IMG/VR virus record: IMGVR_UViG_3300005663_003096
DNA from: a virus
Taxonomy: Duplodnaviria; Heunggongvirae; Uroviricota; Caudoviricetes
Reading direction: 5' to 3' (one strand)
DNA: 26,468 nt
Shown one piece after another: positions 1 to 7,672 of this stretch (position 1 is the first letter of the stretch; every line of letters begins with the position of its first letter). The notes below the pieces were generated by a model. That model ran no database searches, had not been told where the DNA came from, and worked only from the letters and a program-made list of their open reading frames with translations. The position numbers and the translations under genes are program-made.

Positions 1-273
1 ATGAGCGACAAGGCGGATGACGCCAAAGCCTTTGGTGAAACTTTGGGGAAGTACCTTGATCAATACGGCAAGAGCCGCTCGGCGGTGGCCAGCGAGATGG
101 GCATCACTCGGTCCTACATCTCGCAGCTGACCACTGGCGCAAAAACCGTGAGCGCGGAGAAGGTCGACAGCCTCGCGGATACCATCGGGATCACGGAGGA
201 AGAGCGTGTCGATCTGCACCGCGCGGCCGCCAAAAGCGCTGGATTTCGGATCGATCTTCCGGAGGGATTCTGA
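1..273 (+). CDS. XRE/Cro-family helix-turn-helix transcriptional regulator (90 aa)
   Basis: FGETLGKYL...SRSAVASEMGITRSYISQLTTG...KVDSLAD matches the HTH_3/XRE pattern. The upstream RBS is outside the window. Confidence 0.85.
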   Translation: MSDKADDAKAFGETLGKYLDQYGKSRSAVASEMGITRSYISQLTTGAKTVSAEKVDSLADTIGITEEERVDLHRAAAKSAGFRIDLPEGF

Positions 274-322
274 TTCCAAGGCGGATGTCGGCGTAAAATA
301 ACGTTAACCACAAAGGAATTTC

Positions 323-1582
323 ATGCAGATCCATTATCAGACCAAGGGCTTCATTCATCCTTCCAAGCCTGGACATCCCGAGCGCCCTCATCGTCAGATG
401 GCGGCCCTTTCGGGATTGCTTCAGCTGCCGGAGGGCAAGCTTAGCTGGCATGGGGCACAGCCGGTGGAATTGGTCGAGGCGGAGATTGCACATGATCCGA
501 ACTACCTGCGGATGATTTCGGAGGCGGACTTCAGCAGAACGCGCGCTCATCAGCTCGATGGCGGTGATACGGTATTGTCGGAGACAACCTTGGAGGCGGC
601 TCTGACAGCCTTGGGCGGCGCCCGGTCGGCTACAGCTCAGATCATGTCGGGCAAGACTTCTACGGGTTTCGTTGTCGCCCGGCCGCCGGGCCATCACGCC
701 ACCAAAAACAGCGGCATGGGCTTTTGCCTTCTGGGCACAGCAGCCTGGGCCGCACTGGATGCGCGCAATCGCCACGGGGCGCGGGTTGCGCTCATTGATC
801 CCGATCTGCACCATGGTAACGGTTCGCAGAATATCCTTTGGGATGAACCAGATACTCTCTTCGCCTCCACCCATGAAAAGGGCAATTGGCCGGGCAGCGG
901 ACAGCCTGAAGAGACCGGCGGAATGGGCCAAATCATCAACGTGCCGCTGGACAAGGGAAGCGGCAGCGCCACGATGCGCGAGGCCTGGGCGGACATCTTT
1001 GACCGGGTGGCAGAGTTCGGCCCGGATCTGATCATCGTCTCTGCAGGGTTTGATGCCCATGGCGACGACCCGCTTTCGGGTCTCAACTGGACGATGGAGG
1101 ATTACAGCTGGTTCGGCAAGCGTCTGGCAGAGCTCGCAGATGAGGTCTGTCATGGCCGGGTTCTGTCGATCCTTGAAGGCGGCTACGACCTGCAAGTCCT
1201 CAAGCATGGGATCGCCGCTTTTTCAGCGGAGCTGACCGAGCTTGATGACAAGAGCACCTCACCGGGGCTGGTGCCCGACACCGATCTCATGGGATGGCGC
1301 GCGCCGCATCTTGGCGGCTACAGCAACATGCCGCATCCCGGGCAGGAGGCGCTCAAAGTTACCAAGGTGGGCGGACGGCTCTGGATCGAGGAAACGGCCA
1401 CCGGTCAGTTTCTCTACACTGTGCCGGAGTTCGTGAAGCTGATCAGCCGTGACCCTCTTACGCATTTGGTCCGGGAGGCCAATGCGCTCGGCCAGCTGCC
1501 GATCGATATGATCATTCGACTGGAAGCGGAAGCCAAACGGGTCGCGGGGTTCAACCCCGGCCGGTCGAACGATTTTTCATGA
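323..1582 (+). CDS. Zn-dependent histone-deacetylase-family (AcuC/AphA-like) amidohydrolase with a ~100-aa C-terminal extension
   Basis: Motifs HPERP, RPPGHHA, GFC, DPDLHHGNGSQ, STH..PGSG, NVPL, SAGFDAH..DPL and LEGGY are all intact. RBS AAAGGA precedes the ATG. Confidence 0.95.
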   Translation: MQIHYQTKGFIHPSKPGHPERPHRQMAALSGLLQLPEGKLSWHGAQPVELVEAEIAHDPNYLRMISEADFSRTRAHQLDGGDTVLSETTLEAALTALGGARSATAQIMSGKTSTGFVVARPPGHHATKNSGMGFCLLGTAAWAALDARNRHGARVALIDPDLHHGNGSQNILWDEPDTLFASTHEKGNWPGSGQPEETGGMGQIINVPLDKGSGSATMREAWADIFDRVAEFGPDLIIVSAGFDAHGDDPLSGLNWTMEDYSWFGKRLAELADEVCHGRVLSILEGGYDLQVLKHGIAAFSAELTELDDKSTSPGLVPDTDLMGWRAPHLGGYSNMPHPGQEALKVTKVGGRLWIEETATGQFLYTVPEFVKLISRDPLTHLVREANALGQLPIDMIIRLEAEAKRVAGFNPGRSNDFS

Positions 1583-2191
1583 TGCAATCTGCAACCTGCA
1601 ACGGGCCTCATGGAACCGCTCAGCGAGGATCGCATAGCGCTTAAATACTGGGGGGAAGGCCGTGAGATAATCACGGGCCGCCCTGCCCTGCAGTCCTGGC
1701 GTTGCGGTGAAGGTAGTCCCTTCGGGGAATTGATCCGCCGTAAGATCGAGGCCTTGGTTCCAGTAATGGTTTGCCAGTGTGCCGTCGGGGCGCCGCGCAC
1801 GTCCGCGGATCACGGGCATGGCCGTCATGTCATTCACCAGTAGCGCAGTTGCGGCCGCCTGCCCCCGCGATGGTGTGTCTTTTGTCCATTCGCTGCCATG
1901 CGCGGTATCCTCATCCCAGGCCGCGCGGATCAGATCGGCCATGTCGTCAAACGGCGTATAGCCCAGACAGTCGAGATATTCTTTCTGCGTTACCCAAACG
2001 TATGAGATCGGCTTTCCGGTCTCGGCAGCGGCGCGCTCGGCCATTGCTCCGAGCAATGCGACCCCCTTGGTGCCATGCAGCTCTTCATAGACATCCATGA
2101 CCAGATGCCCCTCTTGGAAGAGCGCCTGCTCGCAGGTGCGGCTGCGGTTGCCGATGATCATCAAGGGCGCGCTGTCTGACAGAATGCTCAT
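1577..2191 (-). CDS. Unknown N-terminal domain fused to a YunG-like domain (GQC changed to GQA)
   Basis: WTKDTPSRGQAAATALLVND...HYWN...DLTADQF resembles the YunG-type pattern W..NP.RGQC.VTALVV.D...H..N...DLT..QF (from memory). Start moved to ATG 2191 because the longer ORF overlaps the promoter-like motif at 2221-2248. Confidence 0.65.
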   Translation of the reverse strand: MSILSDSAPLMIIGNRSRTCEQALFQEGHLVMDVYEELHGTKGVALLGAMAERAAAETGKPISYVWVTQKEYLDCLGYTPFDDMADLIRAAWDEDTAHGSEWTKDTPSRGQAAATALLVNDMTAMPVIRGRARRPDGTLANHYWNQGLDLTADQFPEGTTFTATPGLQGRAARDYLTAFPPVFKRYAILAERFHEARCRLQIAS

Positions 2192-2220
2192 GGTTTTCCA
2201 ATCTAAGTTAACGCGTTGTC

Positions 2221-2248
2221 CAAATATGACAAACCTAGTTTTTCGCAA
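2221..2248 (-). promoter_or_regulatory. TTGCGA-N16-TA promoter-like motif facing the YunG-like gene
   Basis: Minus strand reads TTGCGAAAAACTAGGTTTGTCATATTTG, about 30 nt upstream of ATG 2191. Confidence 0.6.
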
Positions 2249-2332
2249 TGTTCTATCTTGCAATCCCTGAGTGCAACAGGAATATTATTCACAAAGCGGC
2301 GGGCGTTCCGCGGCAAGACAAGGATTTCATGA

Positions 2333-3061
2333 GTGCATTCGACGACCAGCTACGACGAAACGCGTGCAGCCCGGATTGATGCCGGCCTGAAGAAATACAT
2401 GAACAACGTCTATGGGATGATGTCCCTGGGTACCTTCGTGACCTTCGCGACAGCGTGGTACATCTATACGACCGAAGAACTGCTCAAAGTCTTCTTCAAT
2501 CCCGAGACATTGTCGCCAACGGGTTTGGGCTGGTTCGCCATTTTCGCGCCATTGCTGATGGTGATCCTGTTGTGGATGATCGAGCGGCCCTCCTCCCCTT
2601 TCGTGCTGAAGATGTTCTTTGCGCTCTTTGCGGCGTTGATGGGCATTTCGATGACCTCCATCTTCCTGTCCTTCGAGATCGGGTCGATCGCAAACACCTT
2701 TCTGATCACCTCGGCCGCCTTCGCCGGTCTGTCTCTCTGGGGCTATACGACAAAGAAGGATCTCACCGGTCTCGGTGCATTCTGCTTCATGGCATTGTTT
2801 GGGTTGATCGCAGCCTCGGTGCTGAGCCTGTTCATTCAGTCGACAGCATTTGAATTTGCAGTCAATCTGGCGGGCGTACTGATCTTTGCGGGCCTTACGG
2901 CCTATGACACCCAGCACATCAAGACCGAGTATGTGAACCAGATTCATTCATCCTGCGATGATGAGATCGAGAAGTCGGCCGTTATGGGGGCTCTTGAGCT
3001 CTACCTGGACTTCATCAACCTCTTTTTGCGCATTCTCGCGGCGACCGGTAAGAAGAAGTAG
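2333..3061 (+). CDS. yccA: Bax inhibitor-1/YccA-family membrane protein
   Basis: About 7 hydrophobic segments. Motifs ID.GL..YM..VYG.M, F.IT..AFAGLSL.GYTTKKDL, GLTAYDTQ.IK and GALELYLDFINLFL are present. GTG start lies 8 nt after AAGGA. Confidence 0.93.
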   Translation: MHSTTSYDETRAARIDAGLKKYMNNVYGMMSLGTFVTFATAWYIYTTEELLKVFFNPETLSPTGLGWFAIFAPLLMVILLWMIERPSSPFVLKMFFALFAALMGISMTSIFLSFEIGSIANTFLITSAAFAGLSLWGYTTKKDLTGLGAFCFMALFGLIAASVLSLFIQSTAFEFAVNLAGVLIFAGLTAYDTQHIKTEYVNQIHSSCDDEIEKSAVMGALELYLDFINLFLRILAATGKKK

Positions 3062-3088
3062 CAACCCTGTTCCGAAGGGAATGCCCTG

Positions 3089-3118
3089 AAAGGCCCGGCG
3101 GTAGCCGGGCTTTTTTAT
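3089..3118 (+). terminator. Rho-independent terminator after yccA
   Basis: GCCCGGC-GGTA-GCCGGGC hairpin (3093-3110) followed by TTTTTT. Confidence 0.85.
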
Positions 3119-3180
3119 TGATACCCCGGACTAAATGCCGGGATATCCACAACTCATCCCTCTCGTTGATCCATCGCGCG

Positions 3181-3208
3181 TTGCGAAAAATGGCATTGTG
3201 CATATCCT
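3181..3208 (+). promoter_or_regulatory. TTGCGA-N16-TA promoter-like motif facing ftsH
   Basis: TTGCGAAAAATGGCATTGTGCATATCCT, about 40 nt upstream of ATG 3250. Confidence 0.6.
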
Positions 3209-3249
3209 CTGTTTGCGGCGAATAGGCCGTCCAAACTTCAGGATATGAC

Positions 3250-5184
3250 ATGGCCATTACTCCCCCGCGCAAACCCAAAACCCTCACGCTTGTCGCCTTT
3301 GTTGTCTCGCTGATCGTAAGTTTGACATGCACATATCTGCTCTTCGCTCCCGAAGAAACGAAGGAGTGGCCCTTCACGGCAGTGGATACGGCTGACGAAG
3401 TGCCACTGTCCCGGTTCAAAGATATTCTCACTGAAGATGGCGCCGGACGCCGGGTCGCTATCCTGAAAGACAAGATCCTGATCGAGATGGTCGAAGGCGC
3501 TGGCGATGTCATTTCCGAGCAGGAGCCCTTCTTTAATTTCTCGAAGTCAGGCGACGCCGAGGAGCTTGAGGCGGAGGGGGAAGAGATCGAGGGGGATGTC
3601 CTCTCTGTCGATATTCCGCGTTACAACGACCCATTCCTCAATGATCTGATCCGCGAGGACCTGGGCAGCTCGAACTTCGAGGTGGGTGTCTTTGCTGATG
3701 ACGCAGGATTGACCGGTTTGCAAAAGTCGTCGATCGCCTTCCAGATCCTCTTTGTCGTTCTGATCGCCTTCATGGTGTTGAAAATGATGGGCGTGGGTGG
3801 CAGCAGCTTTGGCACTGAACGCGGGTATTCCATCATCCAGCACAAGGACCTTCCGGTAGGTCTGAAGGATGTTGCAGGCCTCGATTCAGCACGCGAGGGT
3901 GTCGAAGAGGTTATCGGCCTGCTGCGCGATGAAGGCGATGTAGGTATGGCCGGCGGCCGCCTGCCCCGCGGTATGCTGCTTGATGGCCCTCCGGGCACCG
4001 GCAAAACCTTGATGGCGCGTGCCATGGCCAAGGAAGCCGGGGTGAATTTCATCTCGATCGACGCTTCTTCCTTGAACCAGATGTTCGTGGGCCTTGGCGC
4101 CATGAAGATCCGCAGCATCTTCCGCAAAGCCCGCAAACTTGCGCCCTGCATCATCTTCATCGATGAGATCGACGCCATGGGCCGGGCCCGTGGGTCTTCG
4201 GACAGCTCCGGGGCACGCGAAAGCGATGCCACACTTAACGCCCTGCTCACTGAGCTTGATGGATTTGATGCGCGTGCCGGCATCTTCATCATCGCGGCCA
4301 CCAACCGCGCGGAAATCCTTGATCCCGCGCTGACCCGCCCGGGCCGGATCGACCGTAAGATCACCCTGACCCTGCCCGATATCAAAGCACGCGAAGAGAT
4401 CCTGGCCGTACACTGCCGCGACAAAACCCTGGGGGAGGACGTCAATCTCCATGCCATCGCAGCTACAGTGTTTCAGACCTCAGGTGCTGAACTTGAGAAC
4501 CTGGTCAACGAGGCGGCCCTGGCGGCCGGCCGCGAAGGGCGCAAGGATATCCTCATGGAGGATTTCACCACTGCTCGCGACAGGCTTCTCCTGCCTCAGT
4601 CCGGCGGCAGCATCAAACTTCTGGAAGACGAGCGTCAGTTGACGGCCGTACATGAAGCAGGGCACGCGGTCATTGCCTTGGGGTCTGAGCACTCCGACCC
4701 GGTCGAGAAAGTCACGATCACGCCGCAGGGCGCGGCCATGGGCTTCGTGTTGCAGTCTCCTGAACGGGACCGCGTCTTCGAGACAGTGGCGCGCCTCAAG
4801 GCCCGGTTGCGGGTGGCTGTTGCCGGGCGCGAGGCCGAGCGTCTGATCTTTGGGCCTGACATGATCACCACCGGTGCGGCCTCTGACATCCGCCAGGCCA
4901 CGCAGATCGCGCGCGCCATGGTTACGACCTATGGCATGTCCGAGCTGGGCTTCATGGTCATCGACCCGAAAGATCCGACACTCTTTGATATGAACAACCC
5001 GCCCTCCCGCGTCATCGCGAAGATCATCGATGAGGCGATCGACGATGTCCGCATGGAGCTGAAGGAGCGGCGCGAAGGGCTGGATCGTCTGACCGACGCC
5101 CTGCTGGAAACCGAGACCATTTCTGGTGTGCGGGCACGTGAGATCGTCGAGGGAAATATGAAGGGGGCGTTGTCTGCTGCCTAA
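3250..5184 (+). CDS. ftsH: ATP-dependent zinc metalloprotease FtsH (divergent copy)
   Basis: Two N-terminal TM segments, Walker A GPPGTGKT, pore loop MFVG, Walker B IIFIDEID, SRH ATNR..ILDPAL.RPGRIDR, Zn motif HEAGH and peptidase M41 motif GAASDI. Confidence 0.96.
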   Translation: MAITPPRKPKTLTLVAFVVSLIVSLTCTYLLFAPEETKEWPFTAVDTADEVPLSRFKDILTEDGAGRRVAILKDKILIEMVEGAGDVISEQEPFFNFSKSGDAEELEAEGEEIEGDVLSVDIPRYNDPFLNDLIREDLGSSNFEVGVFADDAGLTGLQKSSIAFQILFVVLIAFMVLKMMGVGGSSFGTERGYSIIQHKDLPVGLKDVAGLDSAREGVEEVIGLLRDEGDVGMAGGRLPRGMLLDGPPGTGKTLMARAMAKEAGVNFISIDASSLNQMFVGLGAMKIRSIFRKARKLAPCIIFIDEIDAMGRARGSSDSSGARESDATLNALLTELDGFDARAGIFIIAATNRAEILDPALTRPGRIDRKITLTLPDIKAREEILAVHCRDKTLGEDVNLHAIAATVFQTSGAELENLVNEAALAAGREGRKDILMEDFTTARDRLLLPQSGGSIKLLEDERQLTAVHEAGHAVIALGSEHSDPVEKVTITPQGAAMGFVLQSPERDRVFETVARLKARLRVAVAGREAERLIFGPDMITTGAASDIRQATQIARAMVTTYGMSELGFMVIDPKDPTLFDMNNPPSRVIAKIIDEAIDDVRMELKERREGLDRLTDALLETETISGVRAREIVEGNMKGALSAA

Positions 5185-5337
5185 AGCTTGAGGGGTCAGC
5201 GGCATGAGAACCGCTGGCCTCACCCATGCCAAGATCTGAACCTGCGGGTTTTCATGCGGCCCGGTTAAGATGTCATTGAACTGCACTACTTGGGCTGTAC
5301 TGCCGCAGGGGGTGTTTATGAATGAAGAGGAAATACA

Positions 5338-6207
5338 ATGGGTTATGCAAGTGAATTTGAGAGGCTCTTAATCGGTGTAGTATCTACAAGCGCGGGTCTC
5401 GCGCTTACATTTGCTGCTGCCGCCGCTGTCGGGAGCCACTTAATCAACAGTGATACCACCGGAAGTGATGTTCTGTGGAAAGCGCAGCTTCGCATGCAGA
5501 AAGTGGAAACTCTGTTTATAGATTCCCATGAGCAATATTTGGTTGGCCTGCATTCTGGTATGATCACTGCCGGGGTCGATATCTCTCAAGAGACAAATGA
5601 GCGAATGGTACCATTTATCCAGGCAGACCCTGTGTTGGCTGGGAGCCCAGATGCGGATCATCTAGCGCTTTTTGAGATCCGCGCCTTAGGTGCAATCGCA
5701 GGCACTCAAGGGCACAGCGAAGCTGATCTGGTGAACTACCTAGACTATGTAGAGGGTCTATCGGAAAATCTCGCTGAGACACGCGTCGCGCATGAGAAGA
5801 TGTTCAATGGCCTCTCAGGAATCTCGTCCGGTGACAGGCTGGCAAAGATCGCACAGTCTGTCGCCTTTCTGGCGGATGATATGTTCGAAGATGTCACAGC
5901 ACGCGAAGCTGTCGATAGCATTTTGAAGTCGGCTTTTGATGAAGGCTATGAGCCAAGCCAAGATGACCTCAACCAATTGAGGAACGCAATGGATCAGGCG
6001 ACAGCGGAATCCGCCCGGATCGCTTCAACAGAGGACATCCTGATCTCAGCCAAAGAAACCCTGGTATCGCGCAACATGGGCGCGCTTTCCGAAACAATCA
6101 AAGCGGAAGATGTGATCGTTGCCTGCCCCTTTGGTCTGGGTGACAAGACACCCACAGATGCAGAACAGCTGCTAACGTCTGACGATGCCTGTGAACCCGG
6201 GAAATAA
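5338..6207 (+). CDS. Hypothetical protein with N-terminal membrane anchor or signal (289 aa)
   Basis: Long ORF with RBS GAGGA. Hydrophobic LLIGVVSTSAGLALTFAAAAAV precedes an acidic helical body. No family recognised. Confidence 0.75.
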   Translation: MGYASEFERLLIGVVSTSAGLALTFAAAAAVGSHLINSDTTGSDVLWKAQLRMQKVETLFIDSHEQYLVGLHSGMITAGVDISQETNERMVPFIQADPVLAGSPDADHLALFEIRALGAIAGTQGHSEADLVNYLDYVEGLSENLAETRVAHEKMFNGLSGISSGDRLAKIAQSVAFLADDMFEDVTAREAVDSILKSAFDEGYEPSQDDLNQLRNAMDQATAESARIASTEDILISAKETLVSRNMGALSETIKAEDVIVACPFGLGDKTPTDAEQLLTSDDACEPGK

Positions 6208-6232
6208 AAAAACCCACCGCATAAGCGGTGGG
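6206..6232 (-). terminator. Rho-independent terminator between convergent genes (U-tract on minus strand)
   Basis: A7 followed by CCCACCGC-ATAA-GCGGTGGG. Confidence 0.8.
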
Positions 6233-6258
6233 CTCTACCCAATCAGAGACCGCGCGCG

Positions 6259-6558
6259 TTAAGGCTCGGGCGTCGCTTCTTCTTTTGCCCAGTCAGGCAT
6301 TTCATCTGACTGCCCAAGGTTCCAGGCTTCAGGGTCCTCGAGCGCCTCAGGATTGGCGTCCTTCAGACTGTCTTCCAGATCATTCAGAGAGTGGCGCCCT
6401 GCCCTGATCCAGCGATGGTCCACGCGGATATCAGCGCGAACGAGTTCCTCTTCCTCATTGTCGTAGACAAAGCGGCAATGGCGCTCGATCACGCCATCGT
6501 CTTCATCGAAAAGATGACCCCAAAGGTCATGGTTCTCATCAGCGATTGTATAGCGCAT
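6259..6558 (-). CDS. Small, very acidic hypothetical protein (99 aa)
   Basis: RBS AAAGGA upstream and a terminator downstream. 29 D/E versus 10 K/R. Confidence 0.8.
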   Translation of the reverse strand: MRYTIADENHDLWGHLFDEDDGVIERHCRFVYDNEEEELVRADIRVDHRWIRAGRHSLNDLEDSLKDANPEALEDPEAWNLGQSDEMPDWAKEEATPEP

Positions 6559-6625
6559 GTCGTTTCCTTTTCAGGGTTTGCTGTTTTCCATGACGATCTT
6601 AGAGCGTCACTGAGAAAACCTTCGC

Positions 6626-6991
6626 TCAGAAACCAAGAGCTGCGTGCATCACCAGATCCGGAATCTCGCTGGGATACTCATAGAGGCTCTCAGCCTCTTC
6701 TAGCTTATCAAAGCCAGCCTCTACGGCGTTCCTGAACGGGTCCTCGACCTCATCTGGCAACATGTGCTCCACGGCGGTCTGACTGCCGTCGCTGGCCTCA
6801 AGCGATCGAACCTCATCGTCCAATCCCGTGGAATTGACAATCTTTTTGGCAGCATCTGACCCTTCCAGAGCCGCTTGGGCGATTTCAGCTTCGAGGTCGA
6901 GCGGGCTCATATCCAGGATCATGGAGACCGCAAAGCCTTTGGCGGTAAGGATGCCTTGTATGTTAGGGTCGCTGGGGCGAATGATATTCAA
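6626..6991 (-). CDS. Small acidic hypothetical protein (121 aa, TTG start)
   Basis: GGAGG-type RBS before the TTG. 25 D/E versus 7 K/R. Confidence 0.7.
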   Translation of the reverse strand: MNIIRPSDPNIQGILTAKGFAVSMILDMSPLDLEAEIAQAALEGSDAAKKIVNSTGLDDEVRSLEASDGSQTAVEHMLPDEVEDPFRNAVEAGFDKLEEAESLYEYPSEIPDLVMHAALGF

Positions 6992-7123
6992 GATAATGTC
7001 CTCCGCCTCCAGTGTATCATATCACACCGCAAGATCAGTCCTGGTCCAAATCGACCTCAGAGCTCATCACTTCAAAAAGTCGCTCGATCTCGGCCTCGGC
7101 CTCCTATCCGGAATGGTCTGCAT

Positions 7124-7558
7124 TCAGTAAAGCATACCGCGGTGCGGATATGGGTTGGGTGTCCCGTCGACGCTGGGGTAGTCCAGTACAAAGCCCCCAT
7201 CGAGCATATACTCAAAGAACCCCACCAAAGCCGCATCGTCCATCATGCCGTTGTAGCGCGCAACAACCGGCGCCATGGCGCATTCCGTTTTAGGACCCCA
7301 GATGCCATCATCGTTGCCATCATAGAGATCGGCGTGACGCAGAACATGCTGCAGGTTTTTGCGTGTTGATTGCGGCATGCTGCGGAAAACAGCCTCTACG
7401 CGCAGCATGTTCGCCTTGGAGACCGCCATGTCGCAGACGCCTGCGGCTGTCATTGCGGGCGCATTTTTCGCAACATGGGTGTGATGCGCGCCATGCGCAT
7501 GGGCTGGCACTGTGAATGCTGCCATTGCGGCGGCGGTAAGGGCGAGGGATCTGATCAT
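7124..7558 (-). CDS. Secreted protein with a peptidoglycan-binding-like (PG_binding_1) motif
   Basis: Signal peptide MIRSLALTAAAMAAFTVPAHA followed by a His-rich stretch. LQHVLRHADLYDGNDDGIWGPKT matches LQ..L...G.Y.G..DG.WG..T. RBS AGGAG. Confidence 0.75.
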   Translation of the reverse strand: MIRSLALTAAAMAAFTVPAHAHGAHHTHVAKNAPAMTAAGVCDMAVSKANMLRVEAVFRSMPQSTRKNLQHVLRHADLYDGNDDGIWGPKTECAMAPVVARYNGMMDDAALVGFFEYMLDGGFVLDYPSVDGTPNPYPHRGMLY

Positions 7559-7672
7559 CTGTATCTCCTGAAGGCTGTCTTATACCATTTGTTTGAGTAT
7601 GCCCTGAAACTGCCTTTGAGTTCCAAGAGTTTGAGGCGTTCGCGCAGCTGAACTGTGGAAAAGGATCCTGTT

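Noticed and set aside
191-1207. 338-aa antisense ORF
   Set aside because: Shadow of the motif-complete HDAC gene, with no recognisable features.
1577-1582. Convergent genes whose stop codons form the palindrome TCATGA
   Set aside because: A common result of tight packing, with no evidence of function.
5191-5221. GC-rich hairpin after ftsH
   Set aside because: No U-tract on either strand, so it is not supportable as an intrinsic terminator.
3547-5286. Several long minus-strand ORFs (3621..4457, 3886..4452, 4480..5286)
   Set aside because: Antisense to the intact ftsH, as is typical for GC-rich DNA.
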